A stretch of DNA of 64,000 bases from an uncultured delta proteobacterium (GCA_963847445.1 CAWJZV010000004.1:1-64000), one strand, 5' to 3'. Counted from the stretch's first letter, positions 32,658-44,039 are shown. Notes: generated by a model not told the origin, from the letters alone. A program made the numbers and translations.

Positions 32658-33749
32658 ATGAAACAGTTCATCACCAGAGTTTCCCGGTTAAGCTTAGTGC
32701 TGGCCGCGTTGACCTTTGTCAGCGAATCTCATCTAGCCGCGCAAGAAACCTTGGACTCGCTCATCGCCGCGGCCAAGAAGGAAGACGAGCTCGTGTTTAT
32801 CGCCGGGACATCGACCTTCGGCGGCCGCAAGGGTCTGGCCGATCTCGAGGCGGCGTTCAACAAACGCTTCGGCACCAAGATGAAGATCAGCTTCGCCGCC
32901 GGCCCGGACATGAACGCCCGCGCGGCGCGCCATATCACCGAGATCAAGTCGGGGCGAAAAGTTTCTTCCGATATCTTTCTCGGCTCGCAGTCGCACCAAG
33001 CGCTGATGCACAAGGAAAACGCCCTCGAGAAAGTAAATTATTCGGGAATTTTCCCCTGGGTCAGCAAAGAAATGGAAATTTTCCCCGGCGAAGCCGTGCT
33101 CACCTACACCTCGCCCAACGGCATCGTCTACAACAAAGACTTGATTCCAAAAGATAAGGCGCCAAAAAACTATGCCGACTTGATCGATCCAAAACTAAGC
33201 CCGGCCTGGGCCGGCAAGATCGCCATCCCACCTTATGTCGCCTGGCTCGCCGAACTTTCGCTGATTTGGGGTACGGAGAAAGTGAAGGACTTCACCCGCA
33301 AACTCGTCGGCATCAGCGCCGGGCGCCTGCGCTACAGCGAAGAAGAGCGGGTCGTCAGCGGCGAATTTCCGATCATGGCGAACTTTGGCGACGCGTTAAG
33401 CGCCATGTGGACCTGGCAGCCCAAGGGGGCGCCTCTGGTCGCCGTGCCCGGAGTCACGCCGATCAACACCGACTACTTTCAACTGAGCGCGCCAAAGAAC
33501 GCGCCCCATCCCAACCTGGCCAAGCTCTTCGTCGCCTTCATGGCGACCCGAGAGGCCCAGACGATTCTGCAAAAGTATGAATCGCGCAGCTCCCATCTGG
33601 TCGAGGGCACGATCATGCAAAAGTATCTCAAAGAAAATAAAATTGCCGTGCAGGAACCCAAGCTGTCCATCGGCTATTATCTCAAGGGCGAGACGGACGA
33701 AGGTCTACAGTTCAAAGAAGAGCTGGCAAAAATTCTCAAAGGTTCATGA
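32658..33749 (+). CDS. Extracellular solute-binding protein
   Basis: Signal peptide; LIAAAKKE; KAPKNYADLIDPK; APHPNLAKLFVAF. Confidence 0.88.
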   Translation: MKQFITRVSRLSLVLAALTFVSESHLAAQETLDSLIAAAKKEDELVFIAGTSTFGGRKGLADLEAAFNKRFGTKMKISFAAGPDMNARAARHITEIKSGRKVSSDIFLGSQSHQALMHKENALEKVNYSGIFPWVSKEMEIFPGEAVLTYTSPNGIVYNKDLIPKDKAPKNYADLIDPKLSPAWAGKIAIPPYVAWLAELSLIWGTEKVKDFTRKLVGISAGRLRYSEEERVVSGEFPIMANFGDALSAMWTWQPKGAPLVAVPGVTPINTDYFQLSAPKNAPHPNLAKLFVAFMATREAQTILQKYESRSSHLVEGTIMQKYLKENKIAVQEPKLSIGYYLKGETDEGLQFKEELAKILKGS

Positions 33750-33905
33750 CGCGGTCGGAAGTCAGAGATCAGAAGTCAGAAATCCGAGGTCCGACAACGT
33801 TGAACTTTTGAACCTTGAATGCACGAAATCTTCGTAACGGCTTGAACGGTTTGAACGAAGCGCAGCGATTGAACGTTTTGAACCCACGTAATCAGGAGAT
33901 CAGCG

Positions 33906-35039
33906 ATGTTATCGACGGAAGAAAACGAAACCTTGACCCGAGTCGGCCCCGCCACCCCCGCCGGCGCCATGCTGCGGCGCTACTGGTGGCCGGTGGGATT
34001 TACCGAGCATGTGCAGATCAAAGGCAGCCCGGTTAGTACTCAACTCCTGGGCGAAGAGTTCGTATTATTTCGCGACGGCGGCGGCCAGCTCGGCATGGTC
34101 GACCTGCACTGCTCACACCGCGGCACGTCGTTAGAATACGGCCGGGTCGAAGAGCGCGGCATCCGCTGCTGCTACCATGGCTGGCTCTACGATACCCAAG
34201 GTAACTGTCTGGAGCAGCCGGCCGAACCGGCCGACAGCACGTTCAAAGACCGGATCAAACATCCAGCCTACAAAGTTCAAGAACTCGGCGGCTTCATCTT
34301 TGCCTACATCGGTCCCGATCCCGCGCCGCTCTTGCCGCGCTATGATCTACTGATTGAAGAAAACGGCGAGCGTGTCATCGGCGCCGGCACGGAATATTGC
34401 AACTGGCTGCAGCGCGCCGAAAACTCCGTTGACCAGACGCACCTGGTGGCGCTGCACGCGCCCGAGTATCCGCAGATGGCATTGAAGCGGCCCGAGATCG
34501 CGTGGCAGCAAACCGACTATGGCGCCAAGATCACCATGCATGTGCCTGGGGTGTCCAAGCCCAAGCATTCCCACTGGGTTTTTCCCTCGCACACGCGCCA
34601 CACCACCGCGCGCAAGGGGCGCATCCCCGATCATGCGATCCGCTTTCGCGTGCCCATCGACGACACCAAGACCAGGACTTTCTGGCTGCGCTTCACGCCC
34701 CACACTGAAGCCGAGCGCGGCCAGCCCTTGGTGCAAAAAACCATCGGCTTCGAAGACGACAAGCCCGGCGCCTATACCAGGGTCGACGACGGCTGGTGGG
34801 GTATCGCTTCCCATGATCAAGACCGCGTCGCCCAGGAAACCCAAGGACCGATCTACCAACGCAGCAAAGAACACCTTGGCGCCGCCGACCAAGGCGTGAT
34901 TCTGTTACGCGACGTGATCCGCCAATCGATCGATGCCGTGCAGCAGGGCAAAGACCCCTTCTGGACGTTGCGCCGTCCCGAGCACAACCAGCGCATCGCT
35001 TTCGACGCCAGCATGGCTGAGATCGGCACGCTGGGGTAG
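33906..35039 (+). CDS. Rieske non-heme iron oxygenase alpha subunit (second paralog)
   Basis: CSHRG..CCYHGW, ENSVDQTHLVALH, QDRVAQETQG. Confidence 0.92.
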   Translation: MLSTEENETLTRVGPATPAGAMLRRYWWPVGFTEHVQIKGSPVSTQLLGEEFVLFRDGGGQLGMVDLHCSHRGTSLEYGRVEERGIRCCYHGWLYDTQGNCLEQPAEPADSTFKDRIKHPAYKVQELGGFIFAYIGPDPAPLLPRYDLLIEENGERVIGAGTEYCNWLQRAENSVDQTHLVALHAPEYPQMALKRPEIAWQQTDYGAKITMHVPGVSKPKHSHWVFPSHTRHTTARKGRIPDHAIRFRVPIDDTKTRTFWLRFTPHTEAERGQPLVQKTIGFEDDKPGAYTRVDDGWWGIASHDQDRVAQETQGPIYQRSKEHLGAADQGVILLRDVIRQSIDAVQQGKDPFWTLRRPEHNQRIAFDASMAEIGTLG

Positions 35040-35171
35040 CTGGATTATGCGCCGGCAAAGCGCTAGGTTGTCGACTCCACGCCCGCGGTGAGACCGACAG
35101 TCCCCGACAAGTTAAATAAATCGGTTCTACAGAATTTGGTGTGGATCATGGGTCACGGTCTTTGTTTTGTT

Positions 35172-35495
35172 GACCACGAAGAGCATAGCGCGGCAGAGCC
35201 GCAATCGAAATTCGGAATATCTCTCGCAAAGGCGCTAAGCTCGCAAAGGTGACGGGCGATGCCCGTCATCCGAGGAAACACGAGGGGTGAAGACCGATTG
35301 CTAAGAGTCGCTATTTCATCCTTTCCGAACTTGGCGTCTTTGCGCCTTGGCGAGAGGAATTTCCGAATCCGAGAATATTCGACTCCCGGAATATTAGAGC
35401 CGCACGCTATGACAAACATGTTGCTGTTAGTTTTTGGATAGCAATACGAACGGGTTAAGACTCCGAACTTCGTGTTCTTCGTGTCCTTCGTGTGA
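35172..35495. repeat. Nested repeat element: left-right cassette inside a CACGAAG palindrome
   Basis: ACCACGAAGAGCA|TAGCGCGGCAGAGCCGCAATC..GGATAGCAATA|CGAA..TTCGTGTCCTTCGTG; 35199-35450 closely matches 58980-59237. Confidence 0.8.
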
Positions 35496-35541
35496 AAACA
35501 TCTTCACAGTAAACCCGGAAAACCCAATAAAGGAATTACCC

Positions 35542-35730
35542 ATGAACGAACAAGACGCCATCGAGCGCGCCTACGGCGCCGCCGTCGAAAGTCTGTGCAA
35601 GGCATTTTACGACGACTTCACCGCGGCGAACGGCAGCCCCAACGCCGAAGCGGGAGCCAAGGAACGCTTTCGCAACGGCATCATACACGCCCGCCAAGCC
35701 CACAAGATCGCCCTAGAACTGTTGCCCTGA
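35542..35730 (+). CDS. Small hypothetical protein (62 aa)
   Basis: AAGGA SD then MNEQDAIERAYGAAVESLCKAF..KERFRNGI..; GC-rich codon usage. Confidence 0.6.
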   Translation: MNEQDAIERAYGAAVESLCKAFYDDFTAANGSPNAEAGAKERFRNGIIHARQAHKIALELLP

Positions 35731-35975
35731 CAGATTTCGCAGAGCGAGGCCTGTTAACTCTCTCAACACCAACGAATATTCGGCGCATCCGCCGACCGTC
35801 ATTGCCGCGAGCGCGGAAATCCAGGTGACGGACCATGTCCGTCATACCGTTGAAATACGGTATTCAGGTGGATGATCGGTCTGGATTCCCGTTTGCACGG
35901 GAATTACGAATAAAGAAAGAGCTGCGGTGTTTGTCGATCTTGTCGCAGGAATTCTACCATCGAATAGTCGATCAA

Positions 35976-36938
35976 CTACTTTCTATCCGGCGAGAAAAAA
36001 CTATCCAGCAGCCGCTTGCGCAGCGCCGCCTCGCCGCCCGGCAGCACATCGAACTTGGTGGTTTGATCGGTCTTTTTCAAGATACGCTGGCCCTCGGCAT
36101 CGTCGTGCATGGCGACCAACACGTCATTGAGCTGGCCGACGAGCTGCGGCGCAAGATCGCTTCGCACCGAAAGCAGATGGCGCGGCAATCTCTCGGTGTG
36201 CGCCAAAATCGCCATCGCGGATTTTCTTTTTTCATCCAGGCCATTGTAATCATCGTCGCTGATCGCCCCCGCGGCCACTTGTTTGGTCAGCACCGCCTCG
36301 ATCAGCTTGCTGCGCAGGTAAGCGAATGAATATTGAATCTCCGTCGGCGCCGCGTTCGGATCGTAGCCTTTTTTCTCCACCAGTTTGTAACCGTTGCGCG
36401 AAAGAAACAGTTTTGGCATGAGATAGCCGGAGCTCGAGCCGGGATCTTCAAAGATCATCGTCTTGCCGCGCAGATCGGCGAGCTGCTTGATGCCGCCATC
36501 GCGTGTGGTGAAAATCAGGCTTTGATACTCCGCCTGGCCGCCCTTCCAGCGTCGCAAAAGCGTCTTGCCGGCGCCGTGTACATAGTTGATCGTGTAGGTC
36601 GGGTAGACGCTTTCCATATAGTAATCCACCCGCCGCTGCTCCAGCAGCCTGGTCAGCTCGAAGGGTGTCGGCGCGATGACGACCTTGGCGCCGGCCTCCG
36701 CGCCCGGCGCGATGCGCCGCGATACATAGCGGACAAAGTCGCGGAAATGCTCTTCGATGGCCGACTTGTTGATCTCGGAGACCAAGCCAAGCTGCAGCGC
36801 TTTGACTTCACTGTTCTTCGAGCTCTGGCCAAAGGCTGCTTCATCGATGCCGCCACCTAATGCCAGCGCCAATGCGAAACCACAGCAACACACTTGCCGG
36901 CAAAAGCCCCCACGCGATGCGCTGCGAATCAATGCCAT
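35976..36938 (-). CDS. PhnD-like phosphate/phosphite/phosphonate substrate-binding protein
   Basis: EYQSLIF, DLRGKTMIFEDPGSSSGYLMP, VAAGA; no permease nearby. Confidence 0.85.
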   Translation of the reverse strand: MALIRSASRGGFCRQVCCCGFALALALGGGIDEAAFGQSSKNSEVKALQLGLVSEINKSAIEEHFRDFVRYVSRRIAPGAEAGAKVVIAPTPFELTRLLEQRRVDYYMESVYPTYTINYVHGAGKTLLRRWKGGQAEYQSLIFTTRDGGIKQLADLRGKTMIFEDPGSSSGYLMPKLFLSRNGYKLVEKKGYDPNAAPTEIQYSFAYLRSKLIEAVLTKQVAAGAISDDDYNGLDEKRKSAMAILAHTERLPRHLLSVRSDLAPQLVGQLNDVLVAMHDDAEGQRILKKTDQTTKFDVLPGGEAALRKRLLDSFFSPDRK

Positions 36939-37227
36939 CGGCGCACCTCGCGGGATAGCGCCAGGAATATTAGATCGCTAACTGACACAATCGATATTCG
37001 GCCCATATTCATATAACTCCCCGGTTTGACTGCACGCTCGACCACAGGTTGCGCGGATCTTTGCCGCGTGAAGCCGGCGTCAATCGCGGCCATCGATAAT
37101 TTCGGCAACGCCCATATCATGCCGCCCGACTCTCGTAAATTCGCAACCTCGTACCGATCGAATAACCTGTTTATCCCATGCTGTCAAAACACCATGAAAC
37201 AGTCGAGATAAAAAGCAAAATACCTGT

Positions 37228-37421
37228 TCACCACGAAGACACGTAGGACACGACGATTGCGGAAAAAAATATTGTTCACTTCGAGCCTCCTGCGAAAATA
37301 CATGTGAGGGGATGATATGCATAACGAAGGGCCTCCGGGGCTCCGCCATACCCGCGAAAGCGGGTAACCAGGCTAATTTGGCGCAGTACAAACCTGGATT
37401 CCCGCGTGCGCGGGAATGACG
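37228..37421. repeat. Composite repeat (GTCAT palindrome pair plus CACGAAG unit)
   Basis: About 37293-37421 is a reverse-complement relative of about 11234-11356, including the shared ATCCCCTYACATGTATYTTC tail. Confidence 0.7.
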
Positions 37422-37532
37422 AATCGAGGAGAGGAGCATGTTCTGGGAATGCTAACCATTTTCATGCTCTGTAGACGAGCGCAAGCTCATGGTCTCTTCT
37501 GGTGAGATGGAATTTTCTCCTAAAGGACGATG

Positions 37533-38772
37533 CTACTTATCCAGGGTTTCTTTACTGACAAAAGCGAGCAACAGCGCCGACAACAAGAGCAGCGGCGCGT
37601 AAACCAAGAACGGCACGCCGGGATTGAACGTGTTCGCCAGGTAGCCGGCAAAGAGCGGCGCCGCGCCGCTGCCCAACTCAGCGATGGTGCGGCGCAGCGC
37701 TTGCAGCCGCCCGCGCACATGGGCCGGCACGACATCGTAAGTGGACGTCGCCAGCGAGCCGAGGGACAACCCCTGGGCCACGCCGGCGATGCCGATAAGC
37801 ATCGCCAGCTGCATGAAACTCGTGGTCATGGGGATCAAGAAGAAAATCAGCGCCGGGATGGCTGTGCTCGGCACCGTGCACCACTTGCGGCCGACCCGGT
37901 CCATCAGAAAGCCGGCGGGAATCATCACGGCAAAAATCACCACGCCGGATATCGAAAACAGCATGCCGATCTGGCTCGGCGACAGATGCAAGTAGCGCAC
38001 CGCGTATAACGGCAGCATGCTTTGGACGATGATGCGTTGCGATTGATTGACCAACGTCGCGAACACGATGGAACAATAGGTCGAGCGCAGATCGACGCGG
38101 ATTTCCCGATAGAGCAGCGCCAGCGCGCCGATGCGCTGTTTGATGGCGCCGACACTCCAACCGGTCAACGCACCAGCCGCCGGCGCGCGGCCATGGGCTT
38201 CGCCCGGCGAGTCGGTGACCAAGAGACCCAAGAACACCGAAGCGACACTGACAACCGCGTAGCCGAAAAATGCCGCCTGGTAATTGAACAGTTCAGTCAA
38301 CCAGCCGCCGATAAACGGGCAGACCGCCGCGCCGATGGTATGGGTGCCATGGAGACTGCTGATAATTCGGCCACGCTGGCTGCGTTGCGCCTGGTCGATG
38401 GCGGCGATTTCCCGCGCCACCGCGCCCAGGGTATCGGTCGCTCCCAAGACAAAGGCGAAAAATACCAGCAACCAAAACCACGCCACCCAAGCGGCGCAAA
38501 ACGAGGCCAGCGCGGCGACCAGCGCCGAGCCTACCAAACCGAAGCGCGTGCCTCTGCGGTCAAGCAACATCGCCGCCCAGCACCGTGCCGGCCATCTTGC
38601 CGAAGGCGAAACCGGTGATCACCTGCGCCGCCCCGCCCGCCGACACGCCGAATTCCCCCGCCAGCACCGGGATCGTCGGAATGATCATCGCCCAGGCGCC
38701 GGAAAAGAAGGTGCTGACGTAGAGCGCGATCAGGCTGCGCAAGCTGGAAGTTTTTTGCGTGACATTAGCCAT
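37533..38772 (-). CDS. MFS transporter (frameshift near 38570)
   Basis: GAWAMIIPTIP (ORF 38560-38772) continuing LLDRRGTR..MDRVGRK..RGRLQA. Confidence 0.88.
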
Positions 38773-38898
38773 GATGAAATTTCTTTAGCACGCAAACAGT
38801 TGCCCGAGGACGCACTTTTTGTAAGGGGTAAGCGGTGAAGGGACAAGGCGTTGGGAGGATAGGACGCCTCACCCCTTACCCTTCACTCCTAACCTCTT

Positions 38899-40134
38899 CT
38901 ATCTTTCCAACGTTTCCCGCCCGGCCAGCGCCAAATAGACCGCGGCGAACAATAGAATTGGCACGTAAACCAAAAACGGCACGCCGGGATTGAAGCGCGT
39001 CGCCAAATAACCGCCAACCAGCGGCGCTAGAGTCCCACCCATTTCGGCGATCATGCGCCGGGCCGCTTGCAAACGGCCGCGGGCGTGGGCTGGCACGACA
39101 TCGAACGTCGACACCGACATGGAGCCTAGCGATAGACCGTTGCAAATCCCGGTGAGCGCCAGCATCGCCGCCAACTGCGTGAAACTATCGGTAAACGGGA
39201 TCAGCAAAAATGCCAGCGCCGGCAAACCCGTGCTCGGCACGGTGGCCCACTTGCGGCCGACTTTGTCCATGATAATGCCCGACGGAATGATCATGACAAA
39301 GACGAAGGCGCCGGCTATCGAAAATAGTAAACCCACCTGCGACGGCGAGAAATTGAGATGGGTGCCGGCGTAGAGCGGCAGCATGCTCTGCAGCGTGATC
39401 CGATAGGAATGGCTCGCCCAGGTCGCCACCACTAAGGCGATATAAGTCGAGCGCAGTCCAGGACGAATTTCCCAGAACAGCGCGCCCAAGCCGCGCACGC
39501 GTTCACCTATGGCAGCGAGGGACCAACCGGTGCGGCCAATAGTTTTCGGCGCGGCGTAATGCTCCGCTTTGGCAACCGGCGCCCCGAAACCCAGCAGCAC
39601 CGACAGCGCGGCAAAAATCCCGTAGGCGAAAAACGCCGCGTGAAAATCGTACTGCTCGGTGAGCACGCCGCCGAGCCACGGGCAGAGCGCCGTACCGGCA
39701 TTATGCGTGCCGTGCAACGTCGACAAGACCCGGCCGCGCTGGTTCTGGTGCGCCAGATCGACGCCGGCAACTTCGCGGCCCAACGCCCAGATGCTGTCAC
39801 CCACGCCCATGACGAAGCAGAAGAATAAAAGCGCCGGCAGCCAAGGTAACAGCGCGGCGACGAACGCCGCGGCGCTCACCAGCGCCGCGCCGCCAACCAC
39901 CACCGCGCGCACACCCATCCTATCCAACAGCACACCGCTGATCGGCGTGCCGGTGAAGCGGCCCAGCGCCATCGCCGTGACAATCTGCGCCGCCGCGCCG
40001 GGAGAGACATTAAAATGGCTGGCTATCACCGGAATGGTCGGAATCACCATGGTCCAGGCGCCGGAAAGCAAACTACCGCCGTACAACGCGCCCAGACCGC
40101 GCACCGTCGTGTTGGATCGCAGAGCGTCAAACAT
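38899..40134 (-). CDS. MFS transporter, tandem paralog
   Basis: GAWTMVIPTIP, LLDRMG, MDKVGRK, RGRLQA, FNPGVPFLVY shared with the neighbour. Confidence 0.9.
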   Translation of the reverse strand: MFDALRSNTTVRGLGALYGGSLLSGAWTMVIPTIPVIASHFNVSPGAAAQIVTAMALGRFTGTPISGVLLDRMGVRAVVVGGAALVSAAAFVAALLPWLPALLFFCFVMGVGDSIWALGREVAGVDLAHQNQRGRVLSTLHGTHNAGTALCPWLGGVLTEQYDFHAAFFAYGIFAALSVLLGFGAPVAKAEHYAAPKTIGRTGWSLAAIGERVRGLGALFWEIRPGLRSTYIALVVATWASHSYRITLQSMLPLYAGTHLNFSPSQVGLLFSIAGAFVFVMIIPSGIIMDKVGRKWATVPSTGLPALAFLLIPFTDSFTQLAAMLALTGICNGLSLGSMSVSTFDVVPAHARGRLQAARRMIAEMGGTLAPLVGGYLATRFNPGVPFLVYVPILLFAAVYLALAGRETLER

Positions 40135-40327
40135 GCCTTGAAGCCAAAGATTTCTCGCATACTTAGATCAAACATCCTCGGCTAATGCGCGGAAGTGATT
40201 CTGTTGCGGCTGGCCTCGATTCGACTTCTCGAGCTTAAGTCAGCCACCGTGGACCTCACCCCTCTGCACGCCGGCATGACGAAGTGAGAAATCTCGACTT
40301 GTTTTGCAGAGCTTTTGGGCCACGGCA

Positions 40328-41300
40328 CTAGCGTGTCGCAGTCGCATACTTGGCATTTAATTCGCGCAGATGCCGTTCCAGCAACGGCATGGCTCGCGTC
40401 CTTCGGCAGCTTTTGCAAATCCTCGATCAGCGTACGCAAGCCCGGCGCCTTCTCTGCCAGCGCGGCGATGGCGTCGAAGTAGCGATAGTAGGCCAGATCA
40501 TGGCTGAGCTTGGCTTCCAACACCGTGGCGCTATGCTGATCGCGCGTCTGGCGTTCGAACTGGCGCTGATAGTCTGGATAGCTTGCCAGCCTATTTAGAA
40601 TTTGCTGCTTGGCGTCGTCGACCTTCGCCGTGGCGAAAATCCGCTGCGCTTCCTCGACCAGTGCGATAAGTTCGCCCGACACTTTGCGTTCTTCGGCCAG
40701 CGACACCAGAGCGTTTTGCAAATTTTTCTCGTCGCCCTTGTGGCGCAAGTACTCGATCACCGCCAAAGAACCGAGCGGCGTGACGATCGCCTCCTCGATC
40801 TCCCAGGGCAATGCGAAATTGACATCGCCATGCAGGTCTTCATGCAAAATCACCTTAGCCCGCCGCACTAACGCCTCCTCGGCGAACCCAGCGGTCGCCA
40901 CCGAGCGCGGGTCGGCGAACTCGCTCCCTTGACGGTGATACACGCTGTAGCCGTCGACACGGTAGACTTGCTCCATCTTGGGCGCTTCTTTCTCGACATT
41001 GAGACCGATCGCCAGGCGAATATCCACCGGTCCGCGCAGCGCCAAGGTGCCTTCGCGCTGCATCCACAACCACAGCATGGACAGCGACGCGCCGCCCTGG
41101 GAGGTTCGGCGTAAGGCCTCCGTCGGTTCGATGCCAAGAGTCTTGCCGAAGGCTTTGACCTCTTCGATCAGACCGGCGGTCTCGCGCAGGCGAACAGGGT
41201 CGACGGTAGGGATAATGGTGGAGCAAGACGATAACATCATGAAAAGTACCATCGCACCGGCGAGCCGACTCAGAATCGTGAGATCGACTCGCCGGTGCAT
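40328..41300 (-). CDS. Putative lipoprotein zinc metallopeptidase (HExxH)
   Basis: Lipobox LSSC; VILHEDLH..WEIEE; probable frameshift near 40375, with the alternate frame ending ELNAKYATATR*. Confidence 0.6.
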
Positions 41301-41454
41301 TGAAAACGGGACATGCTTCGACACGCTCAGCATGAACGGAATCATTACTATCATTTCAAATCCCTCTCCGTTCGTTCCTTCGATAAACTCAGGACAGGCT
41401 CTGAGACTCGTCGAAGGACTGCGAGAAGGTATTTCACCTGCTTGTTGCGAATTT

Positions 41455-42340
41455 CTACGGCGCAAATAGCGACGCGATCGGCGCCGTGTGCGGGATCTGC
41501 CCGACGTCGACGAGCAGCTGCATCTCCGCTTGAGCGAGCTTTTGTTCTTTCTCGGTGAAGGTGAACTCGATACGCGGGTAGCGCGCCGAAGCCAACAGCG
41601 CTTCGCGGTCGCCTTCATAGCGCGACAGAAACACGTCGGCGACCTCTTCGAGATGCGCTTCGCTGTAAGCGAAAGACTCGCGGAAGGCTCGCAGCAACAC
41701 ATCTTTGATGCCGGGATTGTCGCGCAGCAGATCTTCCCGCGCCGCCACCATATGCTTGATCATCTCGTCGAAACCGGTGAGCTTTTGCCAGGCCTCGCCG
41801 TCGGTATAGAGACAGCGCACGCCGGGCGCGACCTCGCCGCGAAAGAAGAACTGGTCGAGCAGCACCACCGCGTCCGCCTGGCCGCTCTGCAACACGCCAA
41901 GAAGCTTTTCCTGCGGATAGTCCTGCCCAGCGCAGCTTGTGCGTCGTCGAGACCGTAGAGCGCGGCGCAACAGATATTTGTGAATCGCGTGCATGCCTTG
42001 ATGGGTCGCGATCAGCCGGCCTTCGAGATCTTTCGGCGTCTTCACCGGACCGTCGGCGAGCACGAAAACGCCGTTGCCCTTCAGCGTCGACTTCCACTCG
42101 GTGGCGAGACCGAGAATCGGCGCGCCCTGCAAGCTTGCGCCGGAGAAAATTCGGCAGATATAGATTCGCCGCCTGCACGTCGCCGTTGATCAGCGCATCC
42201 TCTTGCTCTTTGCTCGGCGGATCGGGCAGCTCGATGACTTTCATGTTGATGCCGTCCGCTTTCACCTTGCCGATCGCCAAGGCGTAGTAGGTGCGGAACA
42301 TGCAGAAGCGATTGCGATAGTGGGCAAAGGTAATGTCCAT
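41455..42340 (-). CDS. MqnA/MqnD-like or SsuA-like PBP-fold protein without signal peptide (frameshifts)
   Basis: MDITFAHYRNRFCMFRTYYALAIGKV; DLEGRLIAT; GQADAVVL; split between ORFs 41615-42484 and 41455-42132. Confidence 0.65.
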
Positions 42341-42488
42341 GAAATGCCTTGTGCGAGTCTTTTCGCGGTACGAAGGTGGCCGAGAGCAAATATACTTTTC
42401 GTTCAAGAGTTCAAGGTTCAAATGTTCAATGTCGAGCAGACCGGTCCGACATTTTGAACTTTTGAACTTTTGAACCTTGAACACAATT

Positions 42489-43729
42489 TTAAGATTTCGC
42501 CACTTCTTCCTTTTTCCGGTTGCAAATATCCAGCGCCGCCATGGCGTAGACTTTCGTGCAGTTCACCATGTTCGAGATGCCGACGCCGCGGCGCACGCCG
42601 GTGGGCGAATCCCACTCTTCGCCCGCTTTGGTTTCGGTCGGATCGACCAGATGGGTGCCGAAGCCTGGACCGTAGGTGATCGCCGGCACGCCGTACTGGG
42701 CGATGCGCGAGCCGTCGCTGGTGATGCCGTAACGGATCGGTTTGGCGTAGGGCACCGGTCCTTTGAATACCGTGCTTGTGGGCGCTCTCCATGACTTTCA
42801 CCAGAGGTTCGCTCTTGGAGATCTCATAGCCGGGCGTGGTCAGATAGAGTTCGACGCGAATGTCGAGAATATCCGGTTCGCGCTTGCGTACTTTTTCACA
42901 GACCGCTTCGATGTCGCGCTTGATCGCCAACGGCACGGCATCCGGCAGCATCTTGACGATGACGAAAATGTCGGTCGTCGGACGGGTCCCAGGCTTGAAT
43001 GCATTGCCGCCGTCGATGGCGCCGATTTGCACGGTGGGCAGCATGAACTTGTGGGGATTTTTGCGCTGGTATTCTCTCTCCCAATCTTGAATCGCTTGGG
43101 CGACTTTGCAGGCGGCGAGAACGAATTTCGTCGCCTTGCCGTCGACGCTCACCCGCGCCCAGAGCAGACCGGAGTTGCCGATTTGCAGTTGCAAGCCGGT
43201 GGGCTCGCCGATGATGCACATATCGGCCATCACGCCATGGTCCATCAAGTAGCGCGCGCCGACGCCGGCGCCGCGATACTCTTTGCCGTGGAAACGGCCG
43301 ATTTGCGCTTTTTCGATTTCGCCGACGACGCCGGAGATAATTAAATCGCCCTTGAGTTTCGCGCCGGCTTTTTGCAAGCGCCGACACCGCCTCGATGTAG
43401 CAGGGAAACGCCGCCTTCATGTTGACCAAACCGCGGCCGTAGATGCGATCCTCGTCGACCACGGTCTCCTGCGGCGCGTCGAAGTGATCCATATGCGCGT
43501 TGAACATCAAGGTCGCGCCGCCGCCGGTGCCTTTGAGCGTGCCGATGACATTGGGCCGGCCGTCTTCGACATATTGATACTCGACTTTCATGCCGAGTGT
43601 TTCGAACTCGCTGCCGAGATACTTGGCGACGTTTTCCTCGTCGCCGGTGATGCTGACGATGTTGGCGAGATTACACGCCATCTCGACGATGCGCTCGCGG
43701 TCGACTTGGTCCAAAACTTCTTGTTGCAT
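42489..43729 (-). CDS. M20 family metallohydrolase (ArgE/DapE-like), two frameshifts
   Basis: RPNVIGTLKGTGGGATLMFNAHMD, IYGRG, CIIGEPT, SDG..YGPG. Confidence 0.85.
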
Positions 43730-44039
43730 GGGAAACTCCTATTAATTGTTAAAAATTGTTTGGTCGTGAAACAATTTTTGTATCACAGCTAATCGCGCAC
43801 TGACAATAACGCGGGGAAAACTTTCTGTGCAGCCAGTCAGAAAGCATCCGTCATGCGGCGAAGGCCGGCATCCAGGAGGGGTCGGCCGGTTGGAACACCG
43901 AGTCGAGACCTGGATTCCGGTCTTCGCCTGCATGCGAAACGAGAATTTCGACTTCGAATCGACACGATGAAAATCCCACGTTAGAGCCAGAGTGATCGGT
44001 TCCCGTCCACCGCCAATGTGCGCTGAGCACGCTGAGAAA

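Noticed and set aside
40182-41702. 506-aa ORF taken at full length
   Set aside because: The N-terminal part overlaps the upstream gene and a repeat; the plausible gene starts at 41300.
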